Source of the DNA: Tricharina praecox
Lineage: Eukaryota
Assembly: GCF_024521635.1 (NCBI RefSeq)
Contig: NW_026250404.1
Location: forward strand, 1,240,001-1,304,000
Reading direction: 5' to 3'
DNA: 64,000 nt
The notes below the pieces were generated by a model. It was not told the DNA's origin. It saw only the letters and a list, made by a program, of their open reading frames with translations, and searched no databases. This document shows, one piece after another, positions 26,118 through 37,304 of the stretch. The position numbers were made by a program, and so were the translations under genes. The stretch's first letter is position 1, and every line of letters starts with the position of its first letter.

Positions 26118-26618
26118 ATATAACTTTTTTGATTTTGGGCTGAGCTGCGGATAGGTCGTCTGGTGTCTGTCCGATTACCCCGTGTCGCTCTGTTGTTTTG
26201 TTGTCCTGCGGCAGTGCGGCGTCGGGAATCAGAATTCAGAGTCAGCACTGTGCGAACTTCGAAGGCTGAAGCGCGCGTACCAATTATAGATGCTGGAGGA
26301 ATTTGTGATCCGCTAGTGAGCAGTGAGCACGCTGCACCACCACATGGGCGGCTGCGCCGCTGCAGACAAGGGCCGGGCCGCAGATAGCGGGGTCGCAGAC
26401 TGGCTGTCATAAAGACCATGAGGATTAACTATATTTGCACATCGTCATATCCTAGCCCTTAGGAGTCTACTCTCATCCGTGAAGTGGTGAGTTGAGTGTT
26501 CCGGCGCCGGGTACAATGCTGACACTGACAGCGTATATCTCCACTGTACTGTATTGCACATCGGGCATCAGTTGAAGCTCCGCCATCAGTCGGCTCGCCG
26601 ATATCCAAACCGACGAAA

Positions 26619-28826
26619 ATGGCGGCGAATATAGCACTCCAGGCCGACATCTCCAACATACCCACAGCAGCGTTAGGCCTTCTGAGCACACTGCAGCCCT
26701 TCCTGAAGGCTTTATCAGCAGATGAAGTCGACCCGGGGGCGGTCCTAAAAACGCAGCTGCTCGGCAGCTGTTTCCGGCTCAACGGCTTGCTCGCCGCACG
26801 CCTCCCCGAGCTCCTGCGGCGGCACTCGAGCATCCGGCTGGAGCGGCTAGCGGCAACCATCGGCTGGCAGAAGGGGGACACGGCGGCGCTGATGTCGCAG
26901 AGCGGTAGCGGGCAAGCCGCCGCCGTCATCTCGCTAGCGCTGCGGGAACTCTACCCAGAAAACATCGCCGGTGAGGTCCTGTACGATGTCGCGGCTAGGA
27001 TCCTTCCCGACCACCACCACGAGGCCAATGCTGGCCCCAGGGCCCTGGGAAGGGTCGCTGCCACGCTCGCGAATAAAATCGCCGCGTTCGGCTGGGGAAG
27101 GCATCTGGCGGAACAGGTCACGAAGATCCGCGTGGCGTATTTGCACCTGGCTACGGTGGCGGTGCCGCGCGATCTACTGGATGTCCCCACCGAAGATACT
27201 ATGGCGGAGTTTCTGCAGTGTCTGGCAGAGGCGTTTAGGGATGATGCGACGATACTGAGGATCGAGGGAAGTACGAGTGTGGGACATCTCATTGCGCTGG
27301 TGACGGCGCTGTGTCCGGATAATGTGGCCATTCATGTCGAGGGAATGAGTATCTTCCAAGGACGACATGCGAGTGCGAGGAGTTCTGCGGCCACAAAAAC
27401 GACTGCGGTAGTCTTCTCGGTCAGGGCGGGTGAGCAGACTACTTTCGGTATCGAGACGGTGATCAATATCGCCCCGTCTGGCGATCTCCTCAAGATTGTG
27501 GCCACGGATAGGTTCCTGACACCTACGTGTAAATATTCGATTCCGTGGGAAGGCTGCTTGTCGACCCTTTTGGACCTCCTGTTCATGGAACGCGGACTTG
27601 TATGTACCACCGAGATTCTGCAGGCCTGTGCAAACGTGATCGCAGCGGTGGCGACAATGAAGGGTGACAAACTCTCGGACAACATCGAAGACCGGCACAG
27701 CCTGCCGCTGCACGGCCTAAAGACGCTCCTTGGGCCGTTCCCGCTGAACCGAATCCGGGATGCAGTCAAAGCAGTCCTCCTCGTCGAGCCAACTTTCGCT
27801 ACGCAGGATCCGCAGGTACCCTTAGACTCCCTCCTCACGCATATCAAGGCCATCGTGCCATCGTGCCGCCTTGGGCACTGCGAGACATCCCCACTTGCAA
27901 ACAACTGCCGCCCCGATTGCGATCGCCAAAAGCTCACTCACACATCCCTCAAAGTGATCGAATCGGGGATCGCAGCGTTATTCGTGACCGCCCGCCCAAA
28001 CTCGCTAGCAACCTTCAACGCCACCTTCCACGGCGCCCGGAGCTTCACCGGCACCGGCGCTCTCCGGCCCGGCTCCCAAGTGCACTTCTCCATCAGCACC
28101 ACACAGCTGCACCGGGCGATACTGCACCTAGTCGCGCCCACTCGGGCCCAGGGTCCGATGGGGGACACCTCTGAGCAGCCGGGGGGCACACGCATGATCG
28201 GCACTGGCACAGGAGCATGCACGATCTTCCCCACGACGCTCATCTCGCCGCGCCTACCCGAGACGCCGAACGTCGAGTACATCCTGACCGAGGGCTGCTT
28301 CCAATACGGCAGCACGTGCTACACCACCGTGATCGCACTCGAGGGCGACGGCAGCGACGGGGCCGCACCCGCGCTACCACCGACGGATATCATCCCGCCC
28401 GCTACGCCCCTCACCCCCTCCGGCATCGGCGCGCACGAGTGCCTGACCTTGTCCCTGCGGCGCACGGCGGACCACCTCCTCCTGCGCACGGCGATCCAGG
28501 GCGCCGGCAGGACCGTCGAGGTCAGTTTTTGGAATGTGCAGCTGGGGTTCCTGGGGCTGGCGTATGCGGCCGCGTGCGAGCATGATTGGAAGGCCGAGTT
28601 GAATAGGGAGGCTAGGCTGGGAGTGGTGACGACTTCAGTCCTGGCGCCGGTGGCGCACAGAGATGGTAATAAGGTGGTTAGTGTGGCTATGACAAGTTTT
28701 GCTCCGGAGGCGCAATTTTTGTGCTGTCGCCAGCCGCCGGCGTTGCTGCAGAGGGAGTGCTGTCTTGAGTGTGCGGTTAGGCAGGCGAAGGGTATGGGTT
28801 TTCGGCTGGTTATTGGAGGATCTTGA
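26619..28826 (+). CDS. Uncharacterised 735-aa protein, coding region intronless, Cys-rich C-terminus
   Basis: Long uninterrupted ORF with globular-like composition, ending CEH...FLCC...QRECCLECAV. A probable 45-nt 5'UTR intron at 26487-26531 (GTGAGT..GCTGAC..CAG) suggests it is transcribed. Confidence 0.85.
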   Translation: MAANIALQADISNIPTAALGLLSTLQPFLKALSADEVDPGAVLKTQLLGSCFRLNGLLAARLPELLRRHSSIRLERLAATIGWQKGDTAALMSQSGSGQAAAVISLALRELYPENIAGEVLYDVAARILPDHHHEANAGPRALGRVAATLANKIAAFGWGRHLAEQVTKIRVAYLHLATVAVPRDLLDVPTEDTMAEFLQCLAEAFRDDATILRIEGSTSVGHLIALVTALCPDNVAIHVEGMSIFQGRHASARSSAATKTTAVVFSVRAGEQTTFGIETVINIAPSGDLLKIVATDRFLTPTCKYSIPWEGCLSTLLDLLFMERGLVCTTEILQACANVIAAVATMKGDKLSDNIEDRHSLPLHGLKTLLGPFPLNRIRDAVKAVLLVEPTFATQDPQVPLDSLLTHIKAIVPSCRLGHCETSPLANNCRPDCDRQKLTHTSLKVIESGIAALFVTARPNSLATFNATFHGARSFTGTGALRPGSQVHFSISTTQLHRAILHLVAPTRAQGPMGDTSEQPGGTRMIGTGTGACTIFPTTLISPRLPETPNVEYILTEGCFQYGSTCYTTVIALEGDGSDGAAPALPPTDIIPPATPLTPSGIGAHECLTLSLRRTADHLLLRTAIQGAGRTVEVSFWNVQLGFLGLAYAAACEHDWKAELNREARLGVVTTSVLAPVAHRDGNKVVSVAMTSFAPEAQFLCCRQPPALLQRECCLECAVRQAKGMGFRLVIGGS

Positions 28827-29469
28827 TCGTTAGTTGGCGGTTCGTTCTGTTTGTAACTTTATATATATTGGTGGATGAGGCGGGCCTCGAAATAGCAGCT
28901 TTTCATGAAATTCACCGCTGGCTACCGGCTCCTAGGCTGGCTATAGTAGTGAAAAGGATTCCTATGTTCGGTCCTAGAAACAGAATGAAGAAATGAGATG
29001 TACGGTGCTGACCGCTTGTGCTCCATCACCCAATAGCACTCCAAGAACCTAGCAGCTGGCCTCACAGAACTAGCCTTTCCTGCCTCGCCCTGCAGAGGGT
29101 CGGGTTGGCTTGGGGTTTTTGCCCATGGGCGTACCTAGTCATCACTCGTAGGCCGAGTGATAGTACGATTAGCAGAGTCTTCGCTCTTGAATAGGTAGGT
29201 ACCTGATACCATTAGTGCTCGATATACTGTCCGGAGGCATAGTTATTGGAGTGAAAAAGACGAGTAATATTAGATAAATCTACTTACACTTAAGTAACGC
29301 TGCGCCAGCTGTTAATCTGAATCCTTGGTGTGGCAATGAATATACAGAAAGTGGGAACCTAATCGCGGCCGCCGCAACTCTTCAAGTTTCAGGAAGAGTT
29401 GGCAGAATGCATGTTCAACCACAGAGAAGATGGGATTGAAATACCTAGGACCTTAACAAGGCATAGGTG

Positions 29470-29542
29470 GCTCTCGTAGCTCAGGGGTTAGAGCGGTCGA
29501 TTGCAGATCGACAGGTCCCTCGTTCAAATCGGGGTGGGAGCT
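29470..29542 (+). tRNA. tRNA-Cys(GCA), intronless, copy 1
   Basis: Acceptor GCTCTCG/TGGGAGC, D stem GCTC/GAGC, anticodon stem GTCGA/TCGAC with TT-GCA-GA, and T arm CCTCG-TTCAAAT-CGGGG. Discriminator T, with a downstream T-run. Confidence 0.97.
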
Positions 29543-29662
29543 TCTTCTTTTGGTTAATTTTTGTAGCCTATGAAAGGTGCCCGGACAGCCCGGTGTATAT
29601 AGAAGAATTACTTTCTCCAATTATTTGTACTTATTACAGAAGTAACCTAACAAATGCTTGCA

Positions 29663-31072
29663 TCAGTAATAGCCCCCCAGAATCTTAGTTGAAACACTTG
29701 AGCTCTCCTTCTCGTCCTCATCATCACTATCCCCCCAGCCCAGCCCTTCGACTCCCTCCACCAATCCTTCGACTCCCCTCCCGAGCAACGCCTTTTTCTC
29801 CGTAGAATCAAGCGTTGGCACATCCCATGGCTTAACACTATGTACCTCTCGTCCACTAGGTATCCTCGCGGCCAACGTGCTCACCCCCACCACCTCCTGG
29901 AAAAAGACCGCATCATTACTCCTCCTCCAGTTCTCTTCGAGGGCCTCAATAGTCCTCGTCTCCTCTAGCCGTCCCGCATCCATACCCCAGCTTGCATCCC
30001 CCCGCTCCAGCGCAGACTTCTCCCGGCGCTCCAGGAGTTCCCGCTTAATCTTCGAGGTAGCCGACGACGACGATGAAGCGGAGAGGATGCTCCGTGCCAG
30101 CTCCGCCCATCCAATCGCCTCCCCAACCCGTCCCGACGCCTCCGCATCAATCGCCAAAAACCGGCAGCTCTTGGCTCGGGCTACACGGTGGAGGGAATCT
30201 AAGTACTTTGCTAGCTCGGGGATCACCTCGTCGTCTTGCTTCTTCCGGCGAGAGGTCGAGGTCGATAACAGTCCCAGCGCCTTCTCGGCGTGTGCGCTGG
30301 AGGCAATGCAGATCCGTGATAACAGCAGGGCTTTGACGCCCGTGGGTGCTTGCGGCGGCGCGTAGAGGTATTCGCTACCTGTTGATTTGGTGGATGACGC
30401 GAGGAGATAGCTGGGGTAAGGGTCGGCTTTGGTTACTGCTAGGAGTGTGGCGGAGGATAGCGAGAGGGAGGCGAGGGAGGACAGGACCGAGGGAGCGAGG
30501 TCCACCGGCCAGGTGCTGTCTGTGCCTGGAGTCCGCGGGAGCGAGAGTGAGTGTGTGAATATCGCGGAGGAGGCCAAGAGGTGCTGTATGGCGCTGTTAA
30601 GGAGCGTCTGTTTTTGCTCGGGTGGAAGTGTGGGTGATAGTGCGTCGTGTAATTGTGATCGCGCAATGAGCGTGTGTGTATATCCGAGTGTTGAAAGGGT
30701 GAAGGCGATCTCGTAGTCAAGGCCCTCGCGCTCGCAGCGCTTTGGTGGTGCACCGGGGAATGGCGGGGTGGTTATGGTTGTTCGCCATGATGGGGTGATC
30801 GGGCGTGGAGAATCCGAAGGCAGGACATCGCCGCTATGGAGGGAGGCCTGTAAAAAGAGGAGATACGGGAGATAGGCTTCGAGTGCAGAAAGCAGCTGTG
30901 GGAGCTGCGTCGATTGTTGCGACGGTGACAAGCGCTTGTGAGCTTTCAGTAGGTTGCGTACAGTCCCGCGGTGTTGGGTCACGAGCAGCGGTAAGGACGG
31001 GTAGACTGGGGAGGTGTAGTGCGGGGCGAAGGAGGTAGGCGATGTCGTGGGGAGTGCGTGCGGGTATGGCAT
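29663..31072 (-). CDS. palC: pH-response regulator PalC (BRO1-domain)
   Basis: Characteristic N-terminus MPYPHALPTTS..YPSLP..HRGTVRNLLKAHKRL..YLPYL. Also EIAFTL, RAKSCRFLAIDAEASGRVGEAIGW, IPSGRE and a C-terminal di-tyrosine (GGYY), as recalled for Aspergillus PalC. Confidence 0.93.
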   Translation of the reverse strand: MPYPHALPTTSPTSFAPHYTSPVYPSLPLLVTQHRGTVRNLLKAHKRLSPSQQSTQLPQLLSALEAYLPYLLFLQASLHSGDVLPSDSPRPITPSWRTTITTPPFPGAPPKRCEREGLDYEIAFTLSTLGYTHTLIARSQLHDALSPTLPPEQKQTLLNSAIQHLLASSAIFTHSLSLPRTPGTDSTWPVDLAPSVLSSLASLSLSSATLLAVTKADPYPSYLLASSTKSTGSEYLYAPPQAPTGVKALLLSRICIASSAHAEKALGLLSTSTSRRKKQDDEVIPELAKYLDSLHRVARAKSCRFLAIDAEASGRVGEAIGWAELARSILSASSSSSATSKIKRELLERREKSALERGDASWGMDAGRLEETRTIEALEENWRRSNDAVFFQEVVGVSTLAARIPSGREVHSVKPWDVPTLDSTEKKALLGRGVEGLVEGVEGLGWGDSDDEDEKESSSVSTKILGGYY

Positions 31073-31375
31073 TGTTAAGATAGAGCCGAGTCGTGAGTAA
31101 TATGATGAAGAATGCTACTCGTGTCTCGAGATCTCGATAGGTTGGTGGTGAGCGAGGACCCGCTTGCAGCCCCACCCTTGCTTACTCATCCACAGTCTAA
31201 TCGGACAACCGACGGGGCTTGCTTGCTTCACTCCGACTGAGCGGAGCATCACCACTCACCAGCGACACCTCTACCTACCGCCGTTACCACAACCACCACC
31301 GTTGTACGCCTTCCCTGTCTTCCCAACTCTCCACAGTCGGTCACTTACATCGTCTCAGACATACAAAACGCTACC

Positions 31376-31802
31376 ATGCCGATCCCCGAGTCCGCCGCAT
31401 ACCTAGCCAAGAAGCCGTCGGTCCCGCCGACATTCGAAGGCGTCGACTACGACGACACGAAAGCACTCAAGGCCGCCCAGGACGCTATCCTGCGCGAGCA
31501 ATGGGTCAAAAGTATGATGGCCCGTGTTGTCCGTGCCGAGCTCGGAAAGTGCTACTACCGTGAGGGTGTCAACCACCTTGAGAAGTGCGCGGGTCTACGG
31601 GGTGAGTGACTTCCTGGGCGGGGTGGATCGAGCGGGGGTTGCGCATGGGAGGTTGCGCATGGGAGGATGCGGGAATGGAGAGGTGAATGATGCTGATGTA
31701 ACGGGCCCGGGCGATGCAGACAGGTACATGGAACTACTGAAGCACTCCAAGGTGAAGGGATACCTCTTCGAGCAAACCAATTACGTTCCCAAGAAGGAGT
31801 AA
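31376..31802 (+). CDS. nuo-12.3: NADH:ubiquinone oxidoreductase 12-kDa subunit (NDUFB10/PDSW family); intron 31602-31719
   Basis: MPIPESAAYLAKKPSVPPTFEGVDYDD..AQDAILREQWV..KCYYREGVNHLEKC..|DRYMELL..GYLFEQ closely matches the Neurospora 12.3-kDa subunit as recalled. Confidence 0.95.
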
Positions 31803-32291
31803 AGCCGAGAAAGAGGAATCTGGGATGCACGGGGAGTGGGGAAGCGAGTGGACGGGGGAAGGATGGTGTATCGTCGATCGCGAGCCATACGGAATAGAAA
31901 TACGATCTATGCATCGGCACCGCTTCTACGCGACCTCCATCCTATGTGCATTCAGCTCCTTTGGAATTTCAGTTTCGCAGGGCGGGGGATGGGGGGCTGG
32001 GTTGGTAACCGGGTGGGACATTGCTCTGCTGTCAGATCTACCCATGGGGATGAAGGACCGTCTTAAAGCTCTGATGAAGCCTACATCCTTCCTCTCCAAT
32101 GGCCTCTGGAGTTCATCAATGGGAAGCCCTGCCCTTCTGGCTGCTCCAATCATCATATCATACTTCATCTTATGCCAAGCGAACCCCCGTGACACAACCC
32201 TTCCGGGTAAGCTAGCCGGCGCGCGACAGCGACAACCCAGACACGACTTCCCTATCCACCACCACGACCCACCACCGCCATCGCCACCACA

Positions 32292-33428
32292 ATGTTCTCC
32301 TCCTCCATCCCGCCAGAAGTATTCCACACTCTCCCGACTCTTGCTGGTACCGAGATCTCCCCATCGGGATACCCAATTCCGACAGTAACCTTCATTTGCG
32401 CCTCGTGCGAACGGATAATCGGCGACTCCTCCACGCTCCTCTTCCTCCACCACAAGCAGCTCACTCTCACATTCACCCGCCTCACTTCTGTCTCCGCCAG
32501 CCTGCCGATACAATTCTCTCCGCCGGGGGAATGGGACGAAAACTGTACCTTCCACCCGCTCTCTTGCGACAAATGCCACACCATCCTCGGCAAGAAGCAC
32601 CTCGCAACCACATCAGAGCTCGGACAGTTCCAGAACCAGTATACAGTCGATACCGAAAAGGTGGGAATATACTACCATGGCGCATTGGAGCCCGCTGCGC
32701 AACCAGTAGAGCTTGCGGGGGTGCTGAGGGTGTTGCATCCGGATCCGGATGAGGTTGTCGAGCAGATGCAGAGCATCATGAGTGTGTGTGTAGGGCTGAG
32801 CGAGAATGTGGGGGAGTTGGCGAGGATGCTAAAAAGGGTTGCTGCGGTGGCGGGGCTGGGGGTCGGGGAGACCGTGGCAAGATTAGCGGGTGAGGCAGAG
32901 GCGGAGCTGCCGGTTGTTGAGAAGGATGCTCTGGGAGAGACAATAAGGGCATTGCTGAGTAGGGTCGACGGTATTGAGGAGACGGTAGAGACGCTGAAGC
33001 AGGATGCCACAATATTTGAGCGCGCCGGGAAGTCTTCCAGTGCTAAACGCAAACGCCATGTTCTTCCCGAAACCGCACACTACGTCTCGGAGTCGCCACG
33101 ATCTGCCGAGGATTCAATGCAGCGCACGGTCATACCAAACTCGCAGTCCACCGACGAGAACCCCCCATTCCAACACCCAACCGAGCTCGAGCATGAATCG
33201 GACTTCCAGGAGATAGAGCATCTTCCCACCCCGCCGGAGTCGAGGCGGACGTACCTCGATGAATCGCAGCCCAAAAAGAGCCATAAGAAGAAGAAGCCGA
33301 AGGAAGATAATGGCTACGAGATGCCAGATTTAGAGGAGGACATCAAGCCAGTCAAGAGGAAGGTTAGGAGTGGGGAATTTGATGGCTCAACCAAAAGGCC
33401 GGCTACAAGAGGGACGAGGAAGAAATGA
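32292..33428 (+). CDS. mis18: Mis18-like centromere/CENP-A deposition protein (Yippee/Mis18 zinc-binding domain + coiled coil + disordered basic tail)
   Basis: TFICASCERIIGDS ... CTFHPLSCDKCHTILGK..T..L....YT (two CxxC pairs with Mis18-like spacing). A heptad region and KRKR/KKKKPK NLS-like motifs follow. Confidence 0.8.
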   Translation: MFSSSIPPEVFHTLPTLAGTEISPSGYPIPTVTFICASCERIIGDSSTLLFLHHKQLTLTFTRLTSVSASLPIQFSPPGEWDENCTFHPLSCDKCHTILGKKHLATTSELGQFQNQYTVDTEKVGIYYHGALEPAAQPVELAGVLRVLHPDPDEVVEQMQSIMSVCVGLSENVGELARMLKRVAAVAGLGVGETVARLAGEAEAELPVVEKDALGETIRALLSRVDGIEETVETLKQDATIFERAGKSSSAKRKRHVLPETAHYVSESPRSAEDSMQRTVIPNSQSTDENPPFQHPTELEHESDFQEIEHLPTPPESRRTYLDESQPKKSHKKKKPKEDNGYEMPDLEEDIKPVKRKVRSGEFDGSTKRPATRGTRKK

Positions 33429-34382
33429 AGGCGGATATTTCAATCTGTCCTTGAACTATTATGTGGAGTTCGGAGTCTTGTCTTCTTGCGTTGTTCTATA
33501 TGAGATATCAATGGTTGCGTTGCACTTTAGCACTTTGTTCTATATCCCGCGGTTTCTAAAGTATCATTCGCATTTTTTGCTTTCTGCTTTACATCGCACT
33601 AGAAACCATTGCACCGCGACTCACTGTCTTTCACTCGCTTCGCAGTTCGACTCCTGGATGCTTGGGATGCTTGGAGTAGCATGAATACGATCCGAATCCT
33701 ACAACAAAGAACTTCACAGAATACAATTATTTAGAGTGATGAGCTCATGAAACGACCTGAAGCCGGCGAAATAAGTTGGCCAGCACAGCCGCCGCTTAAC
33801 ACCTCCAAAGGCCTCCCTCCTGGTACTAACACCATAAGCATTACTACTCTAGTCATGGAAATGTGCTGGAATGCACATGTAAGCCGCTTTGATTCCCAGC
33901 ACACGTAGGTATGGCTTCTAGATGATTCCTCGTCGGCAAATTTTCCACGCGATTGAAGTACCTAGCGCCGATGATATAGGCGTGACATGGCGACAGCGCG
34001 ATGGACGTATCGGTGTTTATTTTGGCAGCGGAGCGGAGATGCGGCATAGTTACGGTGCCTGGTAGTGCTGACGGCGTGGCCAAAGCTCCTCCGACAGCCC
34101 TACTCTACTCCACTTCATTTTCTCGGCAAATCGAAGCCGATCAGTGACGGCGACATTATTATCCGCGCTCTTCAGGCTGGGGACTGCTAGACATAAGGAC
34201 TTACGTTTGCTTGGGTCCGAGCACTCCGGCAAGATGAGCCGTACATATTGGCAAGAGGTATGTGGAGTAACTGTTGTGGCGCTCTCCACGGAGCTCAGCC
34301 TTGTCTTCTCAGTGAATGGCATGGAGCGTTTTCACGGCCGAAGGCTCAACAGTGACTCCAGTATTACAATGGCACCCATCAC

Positions 34383-34432
34383 TCCCTCCCTCCCTCCCTC
34401 CCTCCCTCCCTCCCTCCCTCCCTCCTCCCTCC
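34383..34432. repeat. (TCCC)n microsatellite
   Basis: About 10 perfect TCCC units; G4-capable on the minus strand. Confidence 0.9.
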
Positions 34433-34704
34433 GCCGCCTTGAACCCCAATGCCTCCTTAACTCGAAAATTTCAACACGCAATGAGATTCGGGACCAGCAA
34501 GCTATCGGCGACACGTATCTCCGGATTGTCCGGTCTAGCTATCCGGAACCCTTGGATCCCAAATGTGCAAGGGTTATTCCGAGCCGCGGGTCCCCGGTCC
34601 CGTCTGCCATTGCGCGCCCCACCCTCCGCGCTTCCCGTCGCATGGACAAACTCTGTCGGCTCGATTCAATCTTGCTTTCTAAGCAATGAGGGAGGGTCAG
34701 CGGG

Positions 34705-34875
34705 GTATTCTCCGAGGGTATTGAAGAGGATCGTCAACGGCCTTCTCCGAGGGCAACAAAAAGGCCCGGCTGGACCTTTTCCGAGGGCATCGAGGAGCGT
34801 CGACAAGGCTTTCTCCATGGGAATCAAAAAGTGTCAGCAGGGCCTTGACCTTCTCTGAGGGCATCAAGGAGCAAT
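34705..34875 (+). pseudogene. Five degenerate ~34-40-bp repeats with a codon-like substitution pattern (F-S-E-G-I-K/E-K/E), now out of frame
   Basis: Cores TTCTCCGAGGGTATT, TTCTCCGAGGGCAAC, TTTTCCGAGGGCATC, TTCTCCATGGGAATC and TTCTCTGAGGGCATC, spaced 35, 34, 34 and 40 nt. Confidence 0.4.
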
Positions 34876-35546
34876 CTGACGTCGGGACGTTGCATCAGAA
34901 AAGGCCTGCTGCTGGGATTCTTGCAATGCCTGCAATTCAATAGCAACAACCATAGCGGATTTGGGGTTTGTCTGGAGATGGACGATACCCTATGTGTGCA
35001 CTTATCGAGCAGCCAAAAGACGTATATATTCGTGGTGGTGGTGGTTACTTCGCTGTGCTCGCGTTCTCGCCGTTCCAAGCTCGTCCCGTGCTGGAGGTTG
35101 AAATCAGGTACAAAGTAGGTACCCCACAGCGAATGCGGTGAAACCGTAAAAGACCGCCGTAAGCAATATGTACCTCATGGCCAACTCGGGAGTAAAGATA
35201 CCTGAATTTGGGGGGAATTATCGGGCTCATGTAGGCTGCTTATTGTGAGGTTTGGCTCCGGAGTGCAGGCGGACCGGATTACCATACTTTTCGTTAGTAT
35301 ATGGCCAGGTGAACGGGCCGGGGGGTTTTGACATTTGATTACACTCAATTAGCGTATGGGCTTGGAGAAATAATTGGTGCGGTGTGATGTCAGGATACCT
35401 ACCTATGGATCTCCACCCGGAGTGGTGGTAGCGGTATATAAGTATTCGCTTTTCCCTCAGGTATATTGTGATCTCACGAAGTTCCAAAACGAATACCTCC
35501 TACCTCCTACCTGCGCCCCCAATACATCATCATACCCGAATACATC

Positions 35547-36667
35547 ATGGTTGCCACTCACAATTTCACCGTCTTCCGTGGCGACAATACCGGCAAGATC
35601 CAACGCGGCACCACCGAGAAGAGGTTGGAGGCAGATGAGGTCCTGATCCGTGTCACCCACTCCGGTCTTTGCGGCACCGACTGCCACTTCCGAAGCAGCG
35701 GGATTGTCCTCGGACATGAAGGTATCGGCACCGTTGAGGCTTGCGGAGAGAATGCGAAGAAGTACACGAAGGGTGATGTTGTTGGATGGGGATACATCCA
35801 CGAAGTTTGTTCTCAATTCGCCTGGTGGGCAGAATTGCAGTGGCTGATGGTGGACAGACCTGCGGTTCCTGCCATAACTGCCTCTCCGGAAGGGAAGTCT
35901 ACTGCGCTACCCCCAAGATTTTCGGCAACCACGCCGTCGACCAAGGCTCTCTGTCCACCCAGGCCATCTGGAAGGAGGCTTACATCTTTGCTATCCCGTC
36001 GGCCCTCAATCCCGCCAACGCTGCGCCGCTGATGTGTGCCGGTGCCACCGTCTTCTCCCCCCTCTACGAACACGGCGTCAACGGCACCCACACCGTCGGA
36101 ATCGTCGGCATCGGTGGTCTCGGTCACTTGGCCATCCAGTTCGCGGCGAAGATGGGATGCCGCGTAGTCGTGTTCTCCAGCACCGAGGACAAGCGCGATG
36201 AGGCCATGAAGCTCGGTGCCAACGAGTTCTATGCCACCAAGGGAAAGACCCATCTGGATGTCGAGCACCCTCTCGACTTCCTCCTCGTCACCACTAGCTT
36301 CATCCCTAGCTGGAAGATGTACTTCGACACCATGGCGAAGGGCGGAACCGTTGTCGCACTAACCGTTGCGCAAGGAGACATCACGATTCCGTACGAGAAT
36401 ATCTTGCAGAAGGGACTGAAGCTCATGGGCAGCAGTGTTGCGTCACGATGGGTCCAGTATGTTTCCCCTCCTTTTCAAACCCGTTGGTAAGCGAGAACCA
36501 GTGCTAACACTTTACGTAGCAAACTCATGCTGGAGTTCGCGGCACGCCACAACATTCAAGCACAGATCGAGGAGTTTCCCATGACCGAGGAGGGAATTAC
36601 CGAGGCGTTCGATAAGCTCGACGCCGGAAAGCTGCGGTACCGTGCAGTTCTGAAGAACGAGATGTAA
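35547..36667 (+). CDS. Zinc-dependent medium-chain alcohol dehydrogenase (cinnamyl-ADH/ADH6-like, probably NADP-dependent); introns 35805-35857, 36457-36519
   Basis: GLCGTDCH, VLGHEGIG, structural Zn site CGSCHNC...C, AAPLMCAGATV, Rossmann GIGGLGHLAIQFA and C-terminal GKLRYRAVL. Confidence 0.95.
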
Positions 36668-37304
36668 ATTGCGATTGACTTAAATTATGGGCTTTTTTTC
36701 GTTTCCTTTTTGGTTTATGATGATCGCATTGGGATCTCGGGGTTGTTTTTGGTTTTGTCGGGTGCTCTCGGGATTTGTGTAGTGCTGCAACGGATTACGA
36801 GATGGGTGGAATGGATTGTTAGAGTATCTATAGTACATACTATGATGTACTTACCTCAAGCTCGTGAGTTGGGGGATTGTCGGATCGTGCGATTGCCATA
36901 CCGGCGGTGGTGGTGACATGCAACGGACGTTAGTTACACACGGCAGTGGTTGCACTCGGCTATGAAGCTGTCACCGAAGCGACACACGCATCATCTTCAC
37001 ACAAGCACTCAATCCACATGTTAGCCGCCGATCACAGTGCATATTTCCTTGGTTACATACATCCAACCTCCGTGATTCGTTTCTTTCTTCCCGGTTCGTC
37101 CTCACCGTGCATGATTACTGTTATACCGGGATCTGCGCTGCAATTCAAAACAGGGATTTGCGGGAATGACATCACTCAATCCCACCGCGAATTCCCTTTA
37201 CCAAGAGTTCGAATAGAGCAGTTGGCGGAATCCATGATCAATATGAAGGCTCCAAATGTACTCCCCATCGCTTCTCACTCACGCATCACACAGCAGCAGC
37301 AGCA

